This document shows, one piece after another, positions 50,601-62,600 of a DNA stretch of 64,000 bases (the first letter of the stretch is position 1; each line of letters starts with the position of its first letter). Origin of the DNA: Amphiscolops sp. MND2022 (lineage: Eukaryota); contig OZ076409.1 of assembly GCA_964187785.1 (NCBI GenBank), positions 52,888,001-52,952,000 on the forward strand, given 5' to 3'. Under the pieces are notes generated by a model. That model searched no databases, was not told the origin of the DNA, and was given only the letters and a program-made list of their open reading frames with translations. The position numbers and the translations under genes are program-made.

Positions 50601-53600
50601 ATTTCAAACAAATAAAACAAATGTTGACCGATAAACCATGCTTAGCACACTACGCGAAAGACAAGTGTAACATGGTAACAACAGACGCGAGTAAAACCGG
50701 ACTCGGCATAACACTCTGGCAAAAACAAGTTGACGGAGAAATAAAACCGATCGCATTCGGTAGTGAATATTCAAACGACACCGAAAAAAATTACTCAATC
50801 GGTGAACTCGAATTACTAGCAGTAGTCTGGGGACTTGAAAAATTCCGATTTTACCTATACGGAAAGAAAGTATTTTTATATACAGACCACCAAGCACTGG
50901 AACCGTTAATAAAACGGAATCGGAGTAATCAACAATACAGCGCAAGATTAACGAGATGGCTAGACCGATTAGCACATTTTGACATCGCAGTTCAGCATAT
51001 TTCCGGTAAAAACTTAAAATTTACCGACTATCTCAGCAGAAATCCGATAGAGGGAGCAGCACCAACAGAAAACAAATACGACGAAGAATACGTCATTAAC
51101 ATATTAACCGAACACGCGAAATTGAACGCAAAATACGGTTCATTATTCGACAGCCAATCAGAACGCAGCAAACAAGACACCGAGATAAAACAAAATCAAT
51201 CCGAGAACAAAATTGAGCAAAGCAATGACCAATCACATCAAAATAGAACATTCCAGAATAAACACCACGTGAACAAAACCGACAACAGTGAGAAAACCAC
51301 ATCCGGGCAGTCCGAAATTAACACCGCAAAGACAAGTTCAAACACAATAAGTGAAACAAACGAAAAGATGAACCGAGAAAACCTGTACCACTGGGGAGCA
51401 ACCCGGGAAATTATGGATATAACTAGTAAACGGAATAAAAGCCCCGAAACACGACGTTTAGTCGAAAGAAGAGATGCCTTGGCAAAACACGAAACGATGC
51501 GGAGACGATACGACACGCAATCACAAAGGATGATATTCACACCGTCGCGACCGAATAAAAGAAGCCGCGAAGAAATTGCGGAGATTGACGCCGAAATCAC
51601 ACAAAGAGCCCACCAAATCGGTGGAGGATACCGGCCATTACAACCCGAAGAAGAAGAAGAAGAAGAACCGGAGGCACCAGACGAAGGAGAACTACAGACC
51701 GAACAAAATACGGTAGATACCGAGGAAGACAGTGTGATAATGCGGGGAGACAACTTGCCGATTGTCGACCTAAGCAAATACCACACGGATGGTAACGAAG
51801 CACACTACATCCAGATAAACCACATAGTGGGAAAAATCACCGAAAACAAAAAAATCAACTGAAGAGAACATAAAGAAAGCGAAATTCAACTTCATGCTTG
51901 ATCTAAAAACCCTCATCTCCAAAACGGCAATTGATCCGGAAATGACACGAGTCCGAGCTAGCATGAGGAGAGGAGAAAAAGATACCGCACCGGAAGGCCT
52001 CAGACCGGTTTTTGACAAACTATCAATTCGGTGGGATTTAGTCTCTGTAGACGACCAACTTGCCGTTCCAATCGCCTTACGAAGAAAACTGATCGAGATA
52101 CTACACTTCGGTCATTCCGGGACAACCAAAATGTTATCGGATGCAAAAATCTTCTGGTGGCCGGAGATGCGGAAAGATATTGAACAAAAAGTTAAAGACT
52201 GCACAGCCTGCCTAGCTACAGGTAAGAATCTTAAATACCAGATTCCAAAAAACCAATACGGAAAATTAGAAAAATTATCCGAACCGGGACAGGAATTACA
52301 AATAGACTTTACCGGAAAATTACATAACAAAAAACTTAACGGATGAACCGTATAACATTCCCCCTGGTTTACGAACCGTATAACGTACCCTGGTTTACGT
52401 TTTCGTATCAACTTCGTATCACGAAATATGATCGTGCTCAGCACCGACTTATGAACATCGGGACATTTTACGCATCGAAATGGTATACAAACATATTTGA
52501 CAATTTTTACTGCAACATATCCCCAAGACTTGAAAGATTAGAATTTTTGATTGAAACGAAAAACAAAAAATCGTCTTGGTGAAATTTGCGCTATACAATT
52601 TGCACTTCGATAGATTCCATAATTTTTTGAAAAAAAGGGTTAATTTTATATTCGTTGATCTAAGCTAGACTGGTGTAGTTGCATTCCACGAAATGAACAT
52701 TTTCTTCTGAGTCTCAATTTTTTCCTGTACAGTAGATTTTTGCGTGGAAAATTGAAATGATCTCATGTCAAACTCTTTAGAATCATTTTTTTATAAAAAT
52801 GAACTTACATTGGGCCTTAGTTGATTCAAAACTTCCTGCAACTCCGATATCCTCTGTGTTGATTGTTCATGCCAAATGGACAGTTGCTGGGTCTGTTTAG
52901 CCGATCTCTCGAGGAGCAGATTCTCGCTCTCCTGCAGTTTCATGTCGCAACTCAGGGTGTAGTCTTTGAACCGTGTCGACAAAGTCTCCAATCTCGCGTC
53001 TAAGTCTGCGATCGCTCTCGTCGAGCTCAGGTGCAACTCTGCTTTCAAATCTTCCACTTCTTTCCGGTACTGAAATGCAGGATCAGTAGAATGCAATATA
53101 TTTTATTAGATATTGAGGCTGATTAGAATCTCCATAGTGCAAGTCGAGACCTTTGGGAAAACTTGAGCTGTGAATTCTACAAAATTGAAATTGATTCTCC
53201 GAAAGAAAAAATTGCAATTTAACCTTCATCGTCAAGGCAACATTGTTAATCTATTTCCTAAAGTTTCTTCAAATGCAAAGCGTAAGTTTTTCCAAGTGCT
53301 GAGTTTGGTATTCAGACTCTGTATGAGTTTGATATGAAACAGTTTTCGGAATGCTTTCGCGTTAGCTGGAAAACTATGAAAAGTTTGAAGCTGTTGTTTT
53401 TATTATTTCTGCGATAGCAGGAATAATATTGAAATCTGAACTTTTTCAGTTTTTTATTATTTCTGCGATAGCAGGAATAATATTGAAATCTGCAACTGTT
53501 TTTCAGTTCAATTTTCGTCGTGCGTGATTACGAGTGCCTACTGAAAAATTCAGATATTTTGTTCGGCATTACGATACACATCCCGGTAACGAACTAGCAG

Positions 53601-56600
53601 GATCCTGCTAGTTCGATTTTTGTCCAATCAGAGCGCGAATATTTTGGAATGGTGTTGTATTTCATGTAAGAGGCTTTGGATGGGTTCAAAATCAAGTACT
53701 AAGTACTTATAGTAAAAAAGCACAAAAAGTGGACGATTCATTGTGAGGCTGACAAAAAAGCTAGTCACTGATTAAGTCGAGCTCTTTTTATTATTTCTGC
53801 TTTAGCAGGAATATTATTGAAATCTCAAAACGTCTACATCAGTACAAAATTTATCAGTACAATTCTTGGCACGATACTGAATAATTCAGATATTTTGTTC
53901 GGCAGTGACTATAAACGTAAGAATTAAATTTCTCAAGCTGTCGACAGCAATTCGTTTCTCGTGCGATGGAACGAGCGAGTAGTAATTATCCTCTCGTACG
54001 CCGAGTTATTGAGATGAAGCGAACGAGTGGTAATTATTCGTTTGCCGGGAGCTTCGCCTGCGTTCAAATGCGAATGCGAAACTTCATCTACGTTTAGTAG
54101 TTCTGTTTTTTTAGTCCGAGAAGAATTGAAGGCGATGTAAACTGGTTCAGTTATCAATTGTGCGCTATATAATGATTAAACAGTAGTGTTTAGCTATCCC
54201 AGATATGTTTCTATCAATGAACATGAGAACCTTAAAAGCAGAAATAATACTGTGCTCCGCAGGGGCCTATTTCGTTCACACAGAATTTTCTCAAAATTTT
54301 TTAGAACATTTCTCAGGACCATTTCAGCGACCAACTGTTAGTTACTTACTTGGCTGTCGTAACAGCTCATTGAGATTATCTGTTTGATATAACGCTTTTA
54401 TGACAGTCGCCGTTGATTAATGATTCTCTCACAGCTTTGACTACCAGTACAATGGTATTAAAACTATCGCAACTAAATTGCACCGATGACATTCATAAAC
54501 AGAAGAATTATGTCAATTAAATAGTTGCCAAATTTGCTAGTTTTAAGTTGGGAATAAAAATTGTCTTACCTGAGTGGCAGAAAAAAAACGCAAAATGCTT
54601 TATGGAAACGGTTTTTTCATCCATCTAACAACATGAAAACACTATTCCAAGTTAAGTGAAACTGTGAAAACTTTAACATTCCATTGCTAATTCTCATTAT
54701 TCTATTTCTAGCTCAAATTCACGGTAAAAGTACATTTTAGAGACTAGCTTTGTTTTTTCTCTCGCACGGCCACAAACCTCAAACTCCATGCTCCAATATT
54801 TTTGCACATTCTTAGCTGAAGATTTAAAATTCATAGAGAGCTTCCAAAGTGCTCTGTTGATTGCTTCACATTTTTGTTCAAAATTCAAAACGGAATGAGA
54901 CCGAACCAGGGCTGTTCACAATTAAAATGCAATCAATTTTTGAGCCTACAATTTTAGTTACATTTTTCAACATGTGTCTATGATTTATGGCTACCTGACA
55001 GAAACTACATGAGTTGTGACTACATCCGCATTCCAAAAGTCCCGGTTGTCTGCCAAGAAAGTTCGCAAGATGGTGTGATAGCATGTTCTGTAGTCTGTGA
55101 ATACAAGTCTCACTTGAATAGTAAAGCGTTCCGCAACATTGGATGTGTAAGGAACCAAATCAAGGCTCTCAAATTCGTTTGCGTCAATTTTGAGCTTTTT
55201 GGCTAAGACGCGTTCGGCAAATGACATTGTTATTTGTGGTTCTGATTCTGAAGCTGGCTGGGAACTTTTGGAGGAAGCGCTTGCTAGAATGTCCTCAAAA
55301 TTTCCACACTCGAAATTGCCCTTCCCTTTCTCAGTGCGATTTGAAAAACCGGCGAAAGAGTTATACCGCTTTCATTCAGATAATGGAATATCCAGGATGT
55401 TAAACGAGTAGCGCATCAGATAGTTTTCGGACCTCTCGTTTGGTACAGCTGACCTCCTGAAATTTTTTGCTAATTGATTGAAAATCTTTCAAAGCTGGGA
55501 TAAACGTTGATAACTGGATATCTTCGATTGCGGAAGGCTATAAAGTGGCAATATCTGTGTCATTTTCATCCAGAAAACGTTTCATCTTGAAGTAGCGCTT
55601 CAACATCTGATAGGTTGATGACCGCTTTGTTTCTTTTCAAAAAACCAGGCCCAATTTAGCTTTTTGACACCGTGCGGCAGATTTTTTGAGGTTTGTCAGC
55701 TTTTTCGTCATTATATGCACTTGCACTTTAGAATTTAGGTTTTTCTAGCTGTTCTTCGTTATTTAGGCGAAAAAGCCAATAAAACGAAAATTGCGTTGTC
55801 ATCTTTGTCCTCGTAACATGCGAAAATACACAATAATGAGTTGACGTACCACCGTTTTCTTCCAACCGTCAATAATGATACCAAACTTCTTCTGAAGCGC
55901 AGCGGAAATGTCTTTTTCAACACGTCGAGTCAACTGCTCCATATATTTGACACACGTGCTTCGACAAATCGTGTTTTTGAAATTGTGATTGCACATGTCG
56001 CCGAAATATAATTTTGATGCATATTTCTGAAATTTTGCATAAATTTTCCATACCCAGCTTTGATATTCTGCTTGACCGTTTTTTACAACGACATTCAAAA
56101 ATATTCTCCGCTTTTTGCATTCCACTATTTTTTTTGTAAACACCACTAAACACAGACGCGGACGACTTTGCTGTCAGAGAGTCCCCGGAGAGCAATCAAA
56201 TCTTAAATGAATTGATAGGCGTACTGTCTGCGTTTGTTTACTTAGCAATTCAAAACAAAGTACACAATGATGCAGGAACAAAATGTCATTTATTTACTAG
56301 TTACAGTTTTTCTTGCATTTCCTCCAATCGTCACATTTTCTAGCACCAGCAGAAAAAGTGACAATTACTGTTATGACAATTCATTTTTGAACAGCCCTGG
56401 ACCAAACGCCCCCGCCCCCCCAGCGATTGAAGACATGGTACGCTTGCCAAGAACTATGGTAAATCGCTAGCTAGCCTTGCCAAGATCTTACCATAATCTT
56501 ACCAAGATCTTGCCGAGGATACCATGATTATGCAAGATCGTGCCAAAAATACCATGTTTTACCAACACTTAGTGTTGTTTTTTGCACAGTGTAACTTTTT

Positions 56601-59600
56601 CTCGAATGTTTTTTTTACCAAAGGATTTTTCAGAGGTCCTGCGTAAATATGAAAGGATTAACGCTTGTTGAGTTTTAAGCGGTGAGAGGGCGCTCACTTC
56701 AAAAGCTCGTTTTTTGCATTTGTAACGGAAGACATTTGAATTTGAATTAATTTGAATAAAACACTATCATATTCTTTTCAAACCAAACCAATAACAAAAC
56801 CAATAGTACAACATTTATAATTGGATGCTTTCTAAGTTCTTCGGCGAAATTGGAAAGTTCTGTTAGAATCGAAAATTATGAAAAGAAACCTAATTTCATT
56901 TTTTGATAGATGTACAAAATTCATGTATTGTTTCAAATACTTTGGAAATCTTACCGTTGCGGAAATTCTGTTTTTTTTTCTCAAACATTCACATTTTGGT
57001 ATTGATATTGCTATTTTATAAACCTGAAAATACTAATGAGTGGAAAAGTTTTAATGAAAAACTAACGTCTGCTCTCAATTCTTTATATTTAGACTCCAGA
57101 GCAGAAATGGAAGTCTGCATGGTTTTGATTGCTATTCCCAGTCTATGATTCAGTTCATCTGTTTTTGAAGAGAGGGCTTTGTCCTGATTTTCTCGCGCAG
57201 AGATCTCCGCCTTGAGAGCTCGACTGATTTTGTCAAAATTCTCTCCGTGCCTTCGATCAATCAGCTCCGCACTTTTGTTAAGTTCAACGTAACTGTTATT
57301 GAATTTCGTTCTGTCTTCCTGGAAATTTCAAACGCTTTTATTCAGTTACTTCTAACTTGAATTAGGTTTTACTTTTTGAATAATTCAAATAACCTCGATT
57401 TTAGATGCCGTAGTTAAACCATCAGGCATTTTTTGCTAGAATCGTTCAAACTTTACGTGCATGATCTTGCAATGTTACGTGCGGCGATGCATTGTTCTGA
57501 CAAGAATCTCGCAAGATCTTGAAAGAAGATGCCTGGATTCGGAAAAGTTGCTGTCGGTGGTTTTCGTTTAGAGTTGTCAAGGAATGCAGGAATAAGAAAA
57601 CAAGCTTAACTTTCAAAGACTTGTCATCGTCAAAATTGAGGTTCGCTGAAACTTAAAATCGAAGAAACATTGTAACTGTAAAATCCGCTGTTGCTGTTGG
57701 GAAAACTTATAAGTGAAGTTACTGTAGTATCCAGTACTTTGAAAGGTTACCAGCCAAAAGCGCCCCAAGACACAGTCAAAAGCACCACAGTCAAAACACC
57801 AATTGAACGCGTCTCAAGAATTAATAACGGCTCTTTTCTGTTCCCCCCCACCACCAAAATTTTTGGAAGTAAATTTCCTTAAAAATATTATACTAGCCTA
57901 ATTAAAAGTAAAACCTTCTTTCATAACGGGAAGTTAAAGTCTGTTAGAACAGTTTTTTGCTTGAACAAAAGATTATTCACTCAGTTTGACTATACTTATG
58001 TTCGTATTAAATGTTTGTTGATGACTCAAAAGGAAGCTATTGATTTCTTCATCAAAAATGCGTGACTACATATTGAAAAAGTGTGAACAAAGTTTGTTTC
58101 TGAATTCCTAAACTGTCACACTAAAAATAAATTTAAATTTGAAGCTTTCTGGTTTGTATTTTTCACTAATTTTCCAAAAAAAATTAGTTGTGGGGGGACA
58201 GAAAAGAGCCTTAATAACTTCAATCCCGTCGTTATGAACTAAATGAGTCTTGGTTCAATGCTTCGTATTGAAATCTTGATTTCGTAATGAAATTGTTCGA
58301 ATCAAATGACTCATTTTATAAATCATTTCAAAACTCATGCTAATAAGACTGGATAGCTCAGTGGTAAAAACTTTAGTTTATGACTACTAGTCATCGAGTT
58401 CGATACTAACAACATGGAATTTTTTCAAGAAAAAAATCTCCGTCAATGCGATGACCCGGAAACGTCCCCCAAAAAGTCAAGCAAGTGAGCTTTTTAATCC
58501 TTTGCTTGAACTGCACGCTCGTACAATATTCTTGGGTCAGACTATGCTGCTGTACCTGGCGGTAAACCGATTGACCGAGATGAAAGAAGCAGTAATTACA
58601 ATTACTGCTTCTGATCAATATGATGAATGACGTTTTTGTTCATTCATTTGAATGCATTGCTAGCAGCATTTCAAAATCGAGACAAAAGATATTTTAGGTG
58701 TGAAATCCTTACAGTTATTAGCAAGACGTCTCTGGTTGGTGCGCTTTTGTCTGTGTAATTGTCTGTGTAAAATGGGAGCTTTTGACTGGGTCGCTTTTGT
58801 CTTGGGTGCTTTTACCTGTACACGCTTTAAAGCCCAAATGGAAGAGATTAATATAATAAAACAAACCTGAGTTTGTTTAGACACTACAAAAAGGATGAAC
58901 ACGAAACCACGCCAATCAAGGTGTTAATAGAAATGTATTTTTCTTACCACACTTCAATGGAAGCTCTCCTTCAAAGCTTTTGCGGAGACTTAACAACCCA
59001 GCGTTCGACATCTTGAATATCTTGCAAGTTCTGGAAAGATCTTCGAAGAAATCCAAGATAGAATCCAAGATCTTGTCAAGATATCCAAGATGAATTCCAA
59101 GATCTTGTCAAGATGTCCAATATGAAATCCAAGATCTTACCAAGAAATTCAAGATGTCAAGACAAAACCTAAGATCTTTCCAAGATATTCAAGAATTCAA
59201 GATTTTCCTAGGATCTTGGCAAGATATTCAAGATATTGAACGCTGGGAACCAGTCTATTTCAATAACTTGTTTTTGAAACACATGGTACCGACAGTCAAT
59301 TTTAGGGAACATGGTAAATTGCACTCCAACATTGAAAAATATTTATGTTTCTACGTTATTGCTAACCTTATTTTTTTTCTTCACTTCAGTCAACTCCGTT
59401 TCCCACTTCTTCTGCATCTCGTTCAAATTTGTCTGTGTTTCATCTCTGAGATTCTTCTCCGCTAGATGGCGCTGCTCCTTTTCAGCTTGGTATAACTGAA
59501 AAAAAAACGAGCGTTACAAGCTGATTTGAACGACGGACTAATGTCTGATCGAGAGCGGGTTCGAAATCTGACACGGGTCGGAGCAAAATTTGAATGCCTT

Positions 59601-62600
59601 TATCAAGAATTTGAGATTTTGACTAATTTCATTTGACAGCCAAATGGTACCTGACTCAGACCATCCGAAGTAAATTAACGAAAATCATATTCATATTCAG
59701 CACCTGGTGGATTATTAATTTGTAAAAATACTTCACATTTTTTAGAACTCAGTGATTAGAATCCTATGAAAAATCCTATATCACCCTATCCGAATCTGAC
59801 AGAATGATTTCAATGCATGCACGAATGGGCGGTAATTCGTCCCAGATTCCAAAAAGCGACAACTAGTCCCAAGCGGTTGGTCCCATTTATAAAAAGCGAC
59901 AACTCGTCCCAAATTGTTTAATTGGCAAGCTAATGAACAACTTTTTGAAGAATGAAATCAAATAATTGAACAAATAAACTACAAATGAATGATTACGTCC
60001 CTGGTTGAAAAAAAAATGCGTTCCTTGCAAGGATCTTGCAAGATTTTCTTTCAAGGTCTTGCAAGATAATGCATTTTTCTGCAAGACATCTTGCAAGAAT
60101 CTTGCAAGAAAAAAAATTTCCTTGCAAGATTCTTCCAAGGAGAAAAATTTCGTGGAAGGTTCTCGACAATTTTTTTTATTTTTTATATTCATTGTTTTTG
60201 ACTTCAAGTTGACTACTGCATCGTGACTATTAGATTCTGTCACAGAACGGGGTTTATTTACTAGAGGATTCAACCACAAAAAAGATGCAAACTCTAGAAA
60301 GTATCTCTAGAAGTGTGATCTCAGTGAAGTTATTTAAAAGTAGTAGTACATTTCAGTGACGCAACATTTAAAATACAGTTTCAGAGTATTCTGAAAATTT
60401 TTTCCAACCAATTGTGTTATGTACCAGTTATTGATTTGAAATTAGACTGTGCATAATATTTCGATTGAAATTATTTTTCAATTTGATAAATTACCCTTCT
60501 GAAATAATAGTTATTAATGTTTTTGACATTATTCTCAAATCACGACTACGTTAACATAATTTCTCAGTATGAAGTACATTGAACTCAAGATTCTTGCAAG
60601 GAAAGCATTTCCTTGCAAGATCCTTCAAGGAAAAAATTTCCTTGCAAGATCTTTCAAGGAAAACATTTCCTTGCAAGATCTTTCAAGGAAAACATTTCCT
60701 TGCAAGATCTTGCAAGGAACAAATTTCGTTGCAAGATCTTACAAGTAATTGCATTTTTACAAGGATCTTGCAAGATCCTTGCAAGGAACGCATTTTTTCT
60801 CGACCAGGGGTACCAAATAACATAAAAGGAAATAACATTAAAAATGAAATTAGTCCCATTTAACATAAAAATGAAATTGGTTTCATAAAACATAAAAATG
60901 AAACCGAATACCCAGTTAAACAATCGAACTCACGAAATTTTATCTGTTTCATACCTTTTTCAGTGAATCTTTTGAATTGTTTATGCTTTTGACTACTAAA
61001 ACATTCTCGTAAACAATTTTGTTTTTATGTTTAGTGAAAGTCATTTCATTTTTGTTATTTGAAACTAATTTAGTTTTCATGTTATTTGCTCTTATGTTAT
61101 TTAGGAATCCGCCAAATGAATACTTTTAACCCGGATGGATCCGTCCAAAAATCTGGTGCTTAAACTTTAAACCGCAATCAAGTCCAACAAACGATCTTTT
61201 CGAAAGAAGACAACCAGGGCGTCCAATTTAACTTTTGAACTGCTGGGCTGGAGGCACGCCGTACTGGCTCCGGACTTTGCGCCGAAACTTTGCACCCCTC
61301 GTGTCTATGACAGCATTTTAGCATGTTTCAAATCATGCTAGGGCCGCTTTGACCCAATCTGGTCCCCAGTGGGATGAAGTGGCCACACAAGAAAACAAGA
61401 AAAATAGAAATTTTGCGCTCAATGTTTTTTTGATTTTTTGGTACCGTTCTCTCGATTTTGGAGACATCACGTCAACAATCCGTGAAAATGCGTGCAATGC
61501 TGTGTAATATCGTCTGAAAATCTTATTCAAGAGTTTTTTTTTACCAAAAGGTCAGCTGGCGCCTTTACAAGTTTGCAGATCTTAGTTGGTGAAAAAACGT
61601 ACCACGTTGCTTTTTAGGGTTAACACGTGACAACAATTAGAAATTGAAGTTGCATGAAATTGCACGTTTTTTTAGTCGGCGCCTTTTCCCTTAAGGAAAA
61701 AAGCCCGACTCTTACAGTGAGTAGTTTTTTTTTTTTCAGTTGACAATCTCACTCTGAGTGGTCCACTTTTCTTACAATTTTTATTCATCTTTCATATTTG
61801 TTCATCTTTCATCTTCGACCCAGCCGGAGAGCGTGGGTTCGAATCCCGCACTAAACCATAAATTTTTTAATGAGTTTTTCGGCATTGTGCGACCTAAAAA
61901 ATACTTTTTTTCGAAAAAAAATCAAAATTTTTTTTTGAAAAATTTTTTTTTTCCAAATTTTTCCAATAGTTGTTCCTTGAATATTTTTGAGCCTAAGATA
62001 TGGCGCCGACTTGGGACGTTCCCGTCTTGTTATTAGTTTGTTTTGGTAATTCGCCAAACTTTCCATAAGGCGCTCGCTACTGGCCAAATGTGGCCCTATT
62101 AATTCGTGTTAATTGTTGGCTAGCTTTTAAAAAAATCATGGACCCAAGCAGTTTACACAATTGATATAAACACAAGGTAGGAATAAAACAGTGGCTTCAA
62201 GCGATCTTAAACCGCGCATCCTACAAATTTAACTTCCGATTAGAGGGTCTTTTTCATTGGAAATCATAATGAACGATCCGATAAAAACGTCTTTCCTTTT
62301 ATAATTATTATTTCTGCGATAGCAGGAATATTAGTGAAACCAAAGTCAGCACCCCGCTCAAAGTTCAAAAAAGTAATTTTTTTACATATGGTAAAAGTAC
62401 ACTTTTGTTAAAATGTCATCAATTTTACAGTGCCAAAATATACCTCAAAGGATACGTATAAGACTCGAAAACCACTTTTTCCCCAACTGGAGGCAACAAA
62501 ACCTCTCAAAAAACTGAAAATTGAAGTCTCTGTTAACTCGCATAGTGCCCAAGCCCTAAGGAGTCCTCAATGCTCGCAAAAAGTTTCGTTTTTAGTAAAA

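Larger units (their letters stand above)
31800..52357 (+). mobile_element. Element D: short-LTR Ty3/Gypsy, split by insertion of B and truncated in integrase
   Basis: 5' LTR about 31800-32013, PBS TGGCGCAGTAAGC, gag ATG 32068 to 32776, resuming at 49077 with two Cys/His knuckles, protease IDTGSP, RT WLDD, RNase H (TDASKTGLG, YTDHQAL) and integrase HHCC. Several frameshifts. Confidence 0.92.

Noticed and set aside
54907..56399. Nearby hAT relic as the donor of the accessory gene
   Set aside because: No visible similarity. It keeps DGW and ERF motifs and shows no introns, so it is a different lineage.
59515..59580. Functional tRNA gene
   Set aside because: Only a B-box-like GGTTCGAAATC is present, with no complete cloverleaf.
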